From positions 1-35,140 of the IMG/VR virus record IMGVR_UViG_3300023269_000003: a stretch of DNA of 35,140 bases; one strand, given 5' to 3'. Each line of letters starts with the position of its first letter. The first letter of the stretch is position 1. Made by a program: the position numbers and the translations under genes. Shown in pieces: positions 1 to 8,053 of this stretch. The notes beneath the pieces were generated by a model. It was not told where the DNA came from. It saw only the letters and a program-made list of their open reading frames with translations, and searched no databases. The DNA is from a virus (lineage: Duplodnaviria; Caudoviricetes).

Positions 1-165
1 AAGATCCGAGGGGGTCAACCAGATCCTACCGGCAACACCTGGGCTGAGCTTGAGTTCAAGGGCTACAAGATGTCCTTCCGAGATGTCACTATCGATGAGA
101 TCAGTGCTCCAGAACAGGAGTGGGACGACGAACGAAGAGCACAGGAGGAATTGCAATGGGGCTGA
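1..165 (+). CDS. C-terminal end of probable DnaB-like helicase (partial, 5' end outside window)
   Basis: Frame 1 is open from base 1: KIRGGQPDPTGNTWAELEFKGYKMSFRD...*; resembles the K-x-RGG..DP.G C-terminus of L5-type DnaB-like helicases; lies upstream of Endo VII and primase. Confidence 0.6.
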   Translation, partial: KIRGGQPDPTGNTWAELEFKGYKMSFRDVTIDEISAPEQEWDDERRAQEELQWG

Positions 166-353
166 AGTTGAACGACCCCATCTGGATATTGGGTCAGATC
201 GAAGGCTACTTCGATCGATACATGGATGTCCGTGATCCATACGGGCGGGTCATGGTTGGGGTTCCCTCCCTTCGGGGAGGGGTTCCCGCAATCGTTCCAC
301 GTGAGTGGATCACCCCACGAGATGATTGGATGGCCAACCGTGGTAAGACGTGA
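156..353 (+). CDS. hypothetical protein (65 aa)
   Basis: GGAGGA RBS, ATG at 156, overlaps the helicase stop. Confidence 0.65.
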   Translation: MGLKLNDPIWILGQIEGYFDRYMDVRDPYGRVMVGVPSLRGGVPAIVPREWITPRDDWMANRGKT

Positions 354-525
354 GTATGTTGACGTCTGCCCTGCTTGCCACACTGTGTACCGAGGGTACA
401 AGGAGGCGGCCGTGCAGAACCAAGCAGAGAACTGCGCAACCCGTTGTTCTCCCAAGGATGAATCTGGTGCACCATCTCTGGATGAGGCGCTGAAGAAAGC
501 ACGAGAGGAATTGGGTGACTGGTAA
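340..525 (+). CDS. small CxxC protein (61 aa)
   Basis: GTG at 340; CPAC...CATRC; stop overlaps next ATG (TAATG). Confidence 0.55.
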   Translation: MVRREYVDVCPACHTVYRGYKEAAVQNQAENCATRCSPKDESGAPSLDEALKKAREELGDW

Positions 526-1043
526 TGGCCCGTGCAAGAAGGGCACGGAGCCCTGCGACGAAGAAACCCTCTGCGAAGACGCAGAACGACTCCTCAACTA
601 CGACTGGTCTATCGAGTTCTTCTACCAAGCCATGCAAAGGGTGTGGCTCTACGACCAGGAAGCTCACGGCACCAGGGCCACGATGCGCGACATGCCACAG
701 AGACCGCCGTACTACCGTCCAGTTGGCCCGTAGACTGGCGTACGTGGCTAAGCAGTATGGTCTGACCCCAGAGCAGTACCAAGCCCTCTGGGACGCACAG
801 GAGGGCAAGTGCTACATCTGTAAGAGGAACAAGGGCAACTGTGTAGACCACGATCACAAGTGCTGCCCCGGAAAGACCTCGTGCGGTAAGTGTGTTCGTG
901 GATTGCTCTGCAATCCGTGCAACAAGGGTGTCCTTGGGCACTTGCGTGACAATGTGCAATCACTGATCAGGGCAATCACGTACCTGATGTTTCCCCCAGC
1001 CCACAAGGTGTTCGAAAAACTGAAGGAGAGTAACGATGAGTGA
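525..1043 (+). CDS. Endonuclease VII-family protein
   Basis: YGLT..QY..L...QEGKCYIC...VDHDH...VRGLLC..CN..LG motif. Confidence 0.9.
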   Translation: MARARRARSPATKKPSAKTQNDSSTTTGLSSSSTKPCKGCGSTTRKLTAPGPRCATCHRDRRTTVQLARRLAYVAKQYGLTPEQYQALWDAQEGKCYICKRNKGNCVDHDHKCCPGKTSCGKCVRGLLCNPCNKGVLGHLRDNVQSLIRAITYLMFPPAHKVFEKLKESNDE

Positions 1044-1542
1044 CTACAAGCCGACCCAGCTCATGCTTGACTGGCACGCGGCCCTTCTGGAAGAGGGCCG
1101 CAAGCAGACGACCGGCACGTTGGGCAAGATGGAGAAGGATGGGACCGTGTCGAACTGTTGCCTCGGAGTTCTTTCCGAGGTTGCCGGGAACGTCGGCAAG
1201 CAGTGGTCCACGGGAGATCCTGACTTCCCGTTGTCTTCGACCCTGAAGTACGACGGGCCTAGCGCGAATGGTGATGTTTCCATGCCTTCGACGCACCTCA
1301 TTGCGGAGGTGCTGGGCCTGAACGACAGCTTCACCTTCCCTGGTGATGTACAGGTGGGTGTCGATGTCTACGGCACCAAGGTGAACGCGGCCGACCTGAA
1401 CGACGACTGGGGTTGGTCTTTCGAAGAGATCGCAGTCCAGTTGAAGACCGTGTACATCGATGGCACGGGTAACCCGATGGAATACACCATCGAAGAGTTG
1501 GACAGGAACGAGCGGTCGGACGATGACGACTGCGGATACTGA
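1036..1542 (+). CDS. hypothetical phage protein (CCLGV motif)
   Basis: AAGGAG RBS, 168 aa ORF coupled to Endo VII. Confidence 0.8.
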   Translation: MSDYKPTQLMLDWHAALLEEGRKQTTGTLGKMEKDGTVSNCCLGVLSEVAGNVGKQWSTGDPDFPLSSTLKYDGPSANGDVSMPSTHLIAEVLGLNDSFTFPGDVQVGVDVYGTKVNAADLNDDWGWSFEEIAVQLKTVYIDGTGNPMEYTIEELDRNERSDDDDCGY

Positions 1543-1551
1543 AAGGTAGAA

Positions 1552-1635
1552 ATGACGAAGCAGTGCATTTTCGGCGGTGAATGTATCGATGGGTGCGAGG
1601 TTGGCACCGAGGTACAGGAAAACGACGAAGACTAG
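1552..1635 (+). CDS. 27-aa Cys/acidic microprotein MTKQCIFGGECIDGCEVGTEVQENDED
   Basis: AAGGT RBS then ATG; fills the gap between CDS and ribozyme. Confidence 0.55.
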   Translation: MTKQCIFGGECIDGCEVGTEVQENDED

Positions 1636-1637
1636 CA

Positions 1638-1689
1638 GGGCGAAACGCCGGGAGGCGTCCACGGGTTGGTCCCGTGCCGATGAGCCCAA
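1638..1689 (+). ncRNA. type II hammerhead ribozyme (U4C core variant)
   Basis: gggc-GAAA-cgcc(ggga)ggcg-UC^cacggg(uuggu)cccgug-CCGAUGA-gccc; all three helices pair; GUC triplet at 1657-1659. Confidence 0.8.
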
Positions 1690-1700
1690 GGGAGGTGAGC

Positions 1701-1820
1701 ATGGATTGTCCCAAAGGCGGTGAGTGCCCCGATCCCGAGGCCTGTCTGCAAGGCGCACCGTGTGAAGTAGTTGTCTACTGGACCGACGTAATGAAGGAGC
1801 GGAAGAATGACGAACGCTGA
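1701..1820 (+). CDS. 39-aa Cys-rich microprotein MDCPKGGECPDPEACLQGAPC...
   Basis: GGAGGTGA RBS before ATG 1701; four Cys in C-x5 spacing. Confidence 0.7.
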   Translation: MDCPKGGECPDPEACLQGAPCEVVVYWTDVMKERKNDER

Positions 1821-2019
1821 AGGTACCGAGGCTCTGAACATCTTCTCCGCATGGTTCGAGGAAGACCACCCTGCGGGTTACTACACCCGTGGAGAGGGTT
1901 ATAACCACAACTGGAAGCTGACCGTGGAAGATGGGGTTGGCATTCTCAGGGTTGTCATGGAAGACATGCACACCCTGGACTCCGAGGAGTTCGAGTGGAC
2001 CCTGAACCTCCGATCGTAA
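1807..2019 (+). CDS. hypothetical protein (70 aa)
   Basis: AAGGAG RBS, acidic ORF overlapping its neighbours. Confidence 0.7.
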   Translation: MTNAEGTEALNIFSAWFEEDHPAGYYTRGEGYNHNWKLTVEDGVGILRVVMEDMHTLDSEEFEWTLNLRS

Positions 2020-2369
2020 CCCTACTGCGGAAGTGGTTCCCGGACTGGGAACCACCCCGTGGTAACCGAACGTGGGTCCCGTGTCTCTGTCCTTTCCACG
2101 CGGAGACACGGGCTTCTGCTTCCATATCTCTTGAACTCAATGCTTTCACCTGTCACGGATGTGGCATGAAGGGTGGGATTGTCAATCTGATCATGCGAAA
2201 GGAGGGCCTGAAGTTTGCAGAAGCCCAGCAGTACGCAGCTAGCTTTCTTGATGGAAGCTACGTCCCGATACCACCACAGCCTAAGCGGAAGCAGGGCCGA
2301 AGAGTATTTGGAAAGCCGAGGACTGAAGGGGGAAGACCTCAGAAAGTTCCGGCTTGGCGTAGTAGATGA
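1995..2369 (+). CDS. DNA primase zinc-binding (CHC2) subunit
   Basis: CPFH.E..ASAS......FTCHGCG.KG.I..LIM..EG..F.EA; GGAG RBS. Confidence 0.88.
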   Translation: MDPEPPIVTLLRKWFPDWEPPRGNRTWVPCLCPFHAETRASASISLELNAFTCHGCGMKGGIVNLIMRKEGLKFAEAQQYAASFLDGSYVPIPPQPKRKQGRRVFGKPRTEGGRPQKVPAWRSR

Positions 2370-2886
2370 CCCCATGCCTGGGCACGACATGTACAAGGGG
2401 TGGCTTGCCATTCCCTACATGAGGTGGAGTCCAGGACAGGGCTGGACCGTGATCACCATGCGCTTCAGGTGCTTGGAAGACCACGACCACGGACGTCATG
2501 GTAAGTACATGGCCCACCCCGGAAGTCAGATTCACATCTACAACACTCTGGCAGTGCTGGGAAGCAACGATGAGATTTGTATTTGTGAAGGGGAGATCGA
2601 TGCTATCACGGCGTCTATCCACGGCTTGCCGTCCGTAGGTATTCCAGGTCGCGAGAACTGGAAGTCTCACTTCTACCGCATGTTCGTAGGGTACGAGAAG
2701 ATTTACATCTTGGCCGATGGTGACCAAGCAGGTAAAGACTTTGCCTACGATGTAGTCAAGACCCTGCCCAAGGCACGGATCATCAATATGCCCGAAGGTG
2801 AAGACGTTAACTCAACGGCCAAGAAGTTTGGCGTGAACGCCATACTCAAGAGAATGGGGAAGCTGGATGCCGGAAGCGTCGCTTGA
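2215..2886 (+). CDS. DNA primase TOPRIM subunit
   Basis: YL..RG, ICEGEID.I, DGD.AG, EGEDVN motifs; true start uncertain. Confidence 0.9.
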   Translation: MQKPSSTQLAFLMEATSRYHHSLSGSRAEEYLESRGLKGEDLRKFRLGVVDDPMPGHDMYKGWLAIPYMRWSPGQGWTVITMRFRCLEDHDHGRHGKYMAHPGSQIHIYNTLAVLGSNDEICICEGEIDAITASIHGLPSVGIPGRENWKSHFYRMFVGYEKIYILADGDQAGKDFAYDVVKTLPKARIINMPEGEDVNSTAKKFGVNAILKRMGKLDAGSVA

Positions 2887-3067
2887 ATCTCGTGTGTCCA
2901 TCCAGTTTGACTGGGGCCAGGTGTTCCTGAGCGTTCCTGAGGCACGAGAGTTGCGAGAACAGTTGGACGATGTATTGCCACTCGAAGACGATGTGGTGCA
3001 CAACAAGAGTGGGCACTTTGGTTTCGGACCACTCGACGATTACGAAGAGGAGCACGACTGTGAGTGA
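2867..3067 (+). CDS. hypothetical protein
   Basis: Coupled ORF with LSVPEARELREQL helix. Confidence 0.65.
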   Translation: MPEASLESRVSIQFDWGQVFLSVPEARELREQLDDVLPLEDDVVHNKSGHFGFGPLDDYEEEHDCE

Positions 3068-3203
3068 CAACGAGGTTGCAGTTCGCAAGGCAGTAGAGAT
3101 CGACATCAACTACGACACCTATGTCTTGTCCAACGATGAGGCTATCGAACTCATGGAGAACCTGGCAAAGGTTCTCGGGTTCAAGATCGTGGGTAACGCG
3201 TGA
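3060..3203 (+). CDS. hypothetical protein (47 aa)
   Basis: GAGGAG RBS, GTG at 3060, GTGA overlap with the next gene. Confidence 0.65.
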   Translation: MSDNEVAVRKAVEIDINYDTYVLSNDEAIELMENLAKVLGFKIVGNA

Positions 3204-3940
3204 AGATCCTCACGGTAGATATCGAGACCGCCCCCAATGGTGGGTGGATCTGGGACCTGTGGAACCAGAACATTTCCCTTGCCCAACTCCGTGAGAACGT
3301 AAGGATTCTCTGCTTTGCTGCCAAGTGGTACGGAGAGGACAAGATCATGTTCTACTCCGAGTTCCACGACGGGGCAGACGCCATGATCAAGGCAGCATGG
3401 GACCTCCTGAACGAGGCTGATGCGGTTGTCACCTACAACGGTGACGCTTTCGACCTGAAGCACTTCAATCGAGAGTTCTTTGTGAGGGAGCTACCGCCTC
3501 CTGCCCCCTACGAGAGGATCGACCTCTACAAGGTCGTCAAGTCTCAGTTCAAGTTCGCTTCCAACAAGTTGGACCACGTGTCCGACCAGATCGAGATCGG
3601 CAACAAGGTCAAGCACGCGGGCTTTGGTCTCTGGATTCGTTGTATGAACAACGAGGCTTCCGCCTGGGAGGAGATGAAGACCTATAACGTAGGGGACGTG
3701 GACCTCACGGAGAAGCTGTACAAGCGGCTTGTTCCTTGGATCTCCAAGCATCCCAACATGGGTCTTTACGAAGACGACATCGAAGAGGACGTGTGCCCCA
3801 ACTGCTCAAGCGTGAATCTCCAGCGTCGTGGCTTCCGTAAGGTTGGGCTCTCTGAGTTCCAGCAGTACCAGTGCCAGGATTGCTACGCTTGGTCGCGGAG
3901 TGGCAAGGCCACGAACCGTGTCGATCTCCGTCCCGCATAG
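3200..3940 (+). CDS. DEDD/RNase H-like 3'-5' exonuclease with C-terminal Zn ribbon
   Basis: DIET, YNG..FD, YN..DV motifs; CPNC...CQDC. Confidence 0.88.
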   Translation: MKILTVDIETAPNGGWIWDLWNQNISLAQLRENVRILCFAAKWYGEDKIMFYSEFHDGADAMIKAAWDLLNEADAVVTYNGDAFDLKHFNREFFVRELPPPAPYERIDLYKVVKSQFKFASNKLDHVSDQIEIGNKVKHAGFGLWIRCMNNEASAWEEMKTYNVGDVDLTEKLYKRLVPWISKHPNMGLYEDDIEEDVCPNCSSVNLQRRGFRKVGLSEFQQYQCQDCYAWSRSGKATNRVDLRPA

Positions 3941-3953
3941 AAACGAGAACACA

Positions 3954-4553
3954 ATGAACTACGACGATATCCCGGAGGAATTCTACAGGGCCGTGGAACG
4001 AGCGGCCCGGAACACTGCGGAGAAGTGGCCCCTAGAAGAGTGGGAAGACCTAGGACAGGACGTATGGGTGCTTCTCTTGGAGAAGCCGAACACCTTGGAT
4101 AAGTGCCTTGAGGCTGATAACCCAGCTCCAATGCTGTCGCGGATTGCTGGACAGATTGCGGCTGAGAATCAGTTGAAGAGGAACTTGTTCCAGGGCAAGA
4201 ACCCCTACAACCCAACGCAAGTTCGTTCCATGCTTACGGCAGGGGTCCTGAAGGACTACAACGTGGTAACCGTAAGTGAGTCTCACGACCTATCCTATGG
4301 CATGATGGATCTGAAGAAAGCGAACGACGATTACTTCCGGATCGTTGTGGACAAATTCAAAAAGGATCAGGAGGTTGCCGACACGAAGAAGGTCACACGA
4401 GCTATCGACAAGCTCACGGATCTGATGAACATCACTGTTCTCAAGGCACCCAAGTACCACGATGGGCCTGGCGCTCGTAAGGCTATGTCTAACGAGAAAG
4501 CACAGTGGATCACACAGGTCCAGATGAATCATCTGGACGGTTGGAATGGCTGA
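3954..4553 (+). CDS. sigma-factor-like / DNA-binding protein
   Basis: EDL.QDVW..LLE region-2-like motif; synteny with L5-type phages. Confidence 0.6.
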   Translation: MNYDDIPEEFYRAVERAARNTAEKWPLEEWEDLGQDVWVLLLEKPNTLDKCLEADNPAPMLSRIAGQIAAENQLKRNLFQGKNPYNPTQVRSMLTAGVLKDYNVVTVSESHDLSYGMMDLKKANDDYFRIVVDKFKKDQEVADTKKVTRAIDKLTDLMNITVLKAPKYHDGPGARKAMSNEKAQWITQVQMNHLDGWNG

Positions 4554-4644
4554 TCCCAAAGAAGACGAAGAAGAGCAGGAAGAAGCTCAACCTGTGGTTG
4601 CGACACAGGCTGAGTTGAACGAAAAGTACGGCTGGAACCGCTGA
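4546..4644 (+). CDS. 32-aa acidic microprotein MADPKEDEEEQEE...
   Basis: ATG overlaps previous gene end; M-x-D-P start shared with the 12.2-13.1 kb peptides. Confidence 0.55.
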   Translation: MADPKEDEEEQEEAQPVVATQAELNEKYGWNR

Positions 4645-4670
4645 CACGTAACTAACAAAGGATGAAACAC

Positions 4671-5210
4671 ATGGCTAACGCCAAGAAGGACCCGTTCGAC
4701 ACCCCTCCTTTTGATGTTGAGCCTGACCAGGATTCTGTGCCTGGTGGGGATGAGGCTCAGACCGATGTGTGGGGTGCTGGTGACGGTGCCAAGAACACGA
4801 CCGTTGTTCTTCCTCCTCAGGAAGGCAAGGTAACGGTCACCCTCAAGGGTGGTATTGGGTACGGTGTTCCGTGGGTCGTGATCCACGCCAACGATGTGCC
4901 GGACGCGCTTGCGCAGATGTCCGACAAGGAGCTTCCTGCGCTGCTTGAGAAGGCTCAGAAGGCTACGGAGTTCTTCGCTAGCAAGGAAGTGAAGCCGACC
5001 CCTACGGAAACCCCTCAGGGGGGCTCTCAGACCCGATCTGGGCAGCCCGCTGCGTCGGGTGCCGGTCAGGGTGGTGCAACCCGGACGTGCAAGCACGGCC
5101 AGATGCTCCCTAAGTCTGGTGTGAGCCAGAAGACCGGTAAGGCCTGGAGCGGGTTCTTCTGCCCCACTCCTCGGGACGCCCCGGACCAGTGCAAGCCTCA
5201 GTTCGACTAA
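4671..5210 (+). CDS. conserved protein upstream of DNA polymerase, C-terminal Zn-finger (possible ssDNA-binding)
   Basis: CKHG.M..KSG...GK.WSGFFCP.....QC; AAGGA RBS; function inferred only. Confidence 0.7.
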   Translation: MANAKKDPFDTPPFDVEPDQDSVPGGDEAQTDVWGAGDGAKNTTVVLPPQEGKVTVTLKGGIGYGVPWVVIHANDVPDALAQMSDKELPALLEKAQKATEFFASKEVKPTPTETPQGGSQTRSGQPAASGAGQGGATRTCKHGQMLPKSGVSQKTGKAWSGFFCPTPRDAPDQCKPQFD

Positions 5211-5218
5211 GTCACCTT

Positions 5219-5246
5219 GAAGGAGGGGTCTTCGGACCCCTCCTTT
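5219..5246 (+). terminator. intrinsic terminator-like hairpin
   Basis: aaggaggggtc-TTCG-gacccctcctt followed by t; short U tract. Confidence 0.65.
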
Positions 5247-5265
5247 GCCTCCCGGAAGGAACGGA

Positions 5266-7077
5266 ATGCAAACATGGACACTCCATGTTCAGGGTGACCC
5301 GGTCAAGATTCGTCGTGTTGAGTCTATCGAAGACCTGGAACTGTTTAAGGAATTTGTTCGGAAGAACCTCCGTGTCTTGGCGTTTGATACGGAGACCACA
5401 GGGCTCGATATTTACTCAAGAGGATACCGCCTTCGCCTAGTTCAGTTTGGAAACCAACATGAAGCATGGGTTATTCCCGTTGAACTAGGTGGAGAGTACA
5501 TCACGGTCACCATTCAGACCCTTAGGGCTGTGGAGAAGTTGGTAGGGAAGAACCTTCCCTTCGACTTCAAGGTGATCGACAGGTGTTTGGGTGTCCCGAT
5601 GGAAGAACTGTGGCCCAAGGCTATCGACATCGAGATCCAGGCCAAGCTCATCGATCCTCGTGCCCCTGAAAAGGGCGGGATTGGTGTGTCCTTGGAGGAT
5701 CTGGTTCGTCATTACTTGGATAGGGATCTGGCAGACGATGTCAAGGGTCTCATGTCCAAGTTGGCCAAGGAGCACAAGACAACCAAGGCGAAAATCTTCG
5801 AGAAGATCAGCCTGGACCACCCGGAGTACAACATCTATGCGGGGATGGACACCATCTTCCCTGCACGCATTGTGGGGATGCAGTCTAAACTGATCCCCGC
5901 CTCTGCTGGTAAGCTCATGGCTTTCGAGCACGAGCTTGCCGAAGTGTGTTCGTACATGGATCGCGGGGGCTTCCTCCTTGATCTGGAATACACCCAAGGC
6001 CTGTCTCTTCACCTCCATGAGGAAGAGGAGAAGTACACACAGATCGCAGCGCGGTTTGGTTGCGAGAATGTGAACTCTACCGAACAGGTAGCAGAGGTTC
6101 TGCTCTACCGTGGTGTGAAACTGAAGGAACGTACCCCGACCGGCAAGATCCAGGTGTCCAAGACAATCCTGGATAAGCTGGTGAAAGAAGGGGACGAGTT
6201 TGCCAACGCAGTACAGCAAGCGAAGAAGGCTCGGAAGTGGCGTACCACGTGGGTTGATGGCTTCCTGAACAACATGGACGACGATGGTAGGTGCCATGCA
6301 TCTATCAACACGCTTCAGGCTCGTACAGGTCGTATGTCGATCACAGGTATTCCGGCTCAGACGCTCCCTGCGTCTGACTTCACGATCCGCAAGTGCTTTG
6401 TGGCCGACGAGGGTCATTCGATCGTCTCCGTGGACTACAAGGGGCAGGAACTACGTGTTCTGGCAGCCCTGAGCGGTGACAAGACGATGATCCAAGCTTT
6501 TGCCAGTGATTCCAACCTGCACTTGATGACCGCGCAAGCTGCGTTTGGTGACCATGTCCTGAAGGACACCAAGGAGTACAAGGCTGGAAAGATTACCAAC
6601 TTCGCTAGGGTCTTTGGTGGGGGTGCCAAGGTCGTTGCAGAACAGACCGGACTCACCTTCATGCAAGCCAAGCGGGTAGTAGAGGCATTCGACAAGCGGT
6701 ATCCCGGAGTGACAAGCTACGCGGATAAGTTGTCTGCTATCGCCAAGCGGGATGGGTTCATTACCACCCACTTTGGTCGTAGACTCCCGGTTGATCCTGA
6801 CCGGAGCTACAGTGCCTTGAACTACATGGTCCAGTCTAGCTCCAGGGACATCACGTGTCGTGGAATTCTGAGGGCTTACCGTGAGGGCTACGGTCCTTAC
6901 ATGAGACTCCCAATCCACGATGAACTACTCCTCTCGATGCCGACACCACGTGCGGAATGGGGAGCACAGCAGGTTGCACGACTCATGTCCGAGAAATTGG
7001 GTGTCGTCTTCATTGACACCGATGCTGAAGTTGGGCGTAGGTCGTGGGGAAGTTTGTACTCGGAAGACGTTGACTAA
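5266..7077 (+). CDS. polA: family A DNA polymerase with 3'-5' exonuclease domain
   Basis: DTETTG, YAGMD, TGRMS, DY...ELR, K..NF, N..VQ, IHDE motifs. Confidence 0.95.
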   Translation: MQTWTLHVQGDPVKIRRVESIEDLELFKEFVRKNLRVLAFDTETTGLDIYSRGYRLRLVQFGNQHEAWVIPVELGGEYITVTIQTLRAVEKLVGKNLPFDFKVIDRCLGVPMEELWPKAIDIEIQAKLIDPRAPEKGGIGVSLEDLVRHYLDRDLADDVKGLMSKLAKEHKTTKAKIFEKISLDHPEYNIYAGMDTIFPARIVGMQSKLIPASAGKLMAFEHELAEVCSYMDRGGFLLDLEYTQGLSLHLHEEEEKYTQIAARFGCENVNSTEQVAEVLLYRGVKLKERTPTGKIQVSKTILDKLVKEGDEFANAVQQAKKARKWRTTWVDGFLNNMDDDGRCHASINTLQARTGRMSITGIPAQTLPASDFTIRKCFVADEGHSIVSVDYKGQELRVLAALSGDKTMIQAFASDSNLHLMTAQAAFGDHVLKDTKEYKAGKITNFARVFGGGAKVVAEQTGLTFMQAKRVVEAFDKRYPGVTSYADKLSAIAKRDGFITTHFGRRLPVDPDRSYSALNYMVQSSSRDITCRGILRAYREGYGPYMRLPIHDELLLSMPTPRAEWGAQQVARLMSEKLGVVFIDTDAEVGRRSWGSLYSEDVD

Positions 7078-7078
7078 T

Positions 7079-7105
7079 GGGAAGGCCCTTCGGGGCCTCC
7101 CTTAA
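7079..7105 (+). terminator. hairpin after DNA polymerase
   Basis: gggaaggccc-TTCG-gggcctccc then ttaa; weak U tract. Confidence 0.5.
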
Positions 7106-7120
7106 TAGAGGAGAAATACA

Positions 7121-7345
7121 GTGGATATCACCACCAAGGAACTGTTCGATCTGTACCTGGGCAAGTTCGAGGCCATCGGTATCGGCATCACGGATGCCCT
7201 GGACGACTTCACAGACGAGCTGGAAGATTTCCACCCTGGGTCTAAGAACCTTCACGGCATGACCATGATGCTCCGGGTTGCTCAGGTCCAGGCGTTGCAG
7301 ACCATTGCTGTGGGCATTAAGGCCCTGATTGAGGAGGAGAACTAA
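7121..7345 (+). CDS. hypothetical protein
   Basis: GAGGAG RBS, GTG start. Confidence 0.75.
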   Translation: MDITTKELFDLYLGKFEAIGIGITDALDDFTDELEDFHPGSKNLHGMTMMLRVAQVQALQTIAVGIKALIEEEN

Positions 7346-7346
7346 C

Positions 7347-7727
7347 ATGGGATGGAACAGCCCCGACATTTACAACCAGCCGGAACACTTCGGAATCAAG
7401 CCGATCGGTGAGTTCGAATGGAGTCAGCCCGACTACTCCTTCGACTTCACGGTTGTGTGGCAGAGCACGGAAGACCCCAGCCTGTTCTACTGGGCGCGGG
7501 ACTCGGGTTGTTCCTGCCCTTCTCCGTTCGAAAGCTACACCACCCTGGAAGGCGACGACTGGGACCCGGTGTACAAGGGAACCAAGCACGAGGCTATCGC
7601 AGCTTGTCTTGAGGCCTTGGAAGAGCTTCGTCCGAAGGAAGGTAACGAGAACTACTACGCGGGGGCTAACTTCCGCAACGCAGAACCCCAGATCCTTGAA
7701 CTAGTCGGAAAGCTGGTGCAACTCTAA
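7347..7727 (+). CDS. hypothetical phage protein (DSGCSCPSPF motif)
   Basis: GAGGAG RBS, ATG 7347. Confidence 0.8.
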   Translation: MGWNSPDIYNQPEHFGIKPIGEFEWSQPDYSFDFTVVWQSTEDPSLFYWARDSGCSCPSPFESYTTLEGDDWDPVYKGTKHEAIAACLEALEELRPKEGNENYYAGANFRNAEPQILELVGKLVQL

Positions 7728-8053
7728 TGGGACAGATCGAATACAGCACGAACAACTCGGGTGGGTCCTGGTGGCTCACGGACGAAGACTGGTACGCGCT
7801 GGAAGAGGCGGGCTGGACTGTCCAGTGGGAGAAGGACATCAAGGACAAGCTGTTCAAGGACAGCAATAGCCCAGACCGTTGGTTGGGTGCTCTTGCCACC
7901 AAGGCGACCTTCCCTGGTGATGACTTCGAAGAGGCTGTGCGTTCCTTCGAGAACGCTACGGACCAGCACGCAAACGACCAAGGCTGTGACTGCTGTGGAC
8001 AACCCCACAGCTTCACCCGCATTGACGACAATGGGAACTGGAGCTGGTACTAG
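7727..8053 (+). CDS. hypothetical protein (YSTNNSGGSWWL...GCDCCGQPHSF)
   Basis: TAATG coupling. Confidence 0.8.
   Translation: MGQIEYSTNNSGGSWWLTDEDWYALEEAGWTVQWEKDIKDKLFKDSNSPDRWLGALATKATFPGDDFEEAVRSFENATDQHANDQGCDCCGQPHSFTRIDDNGNWSWY

Noticed and set aside
976-2109. 377-aa minus-strand ORF and similar long antisense ORFs (5485-6417, 23387-24328, 17819-19750)
   Set aside because: They mirror well-supported genes on the other strand; long antisense frames are expected from GC-rich codon bias, and they show no motifs.
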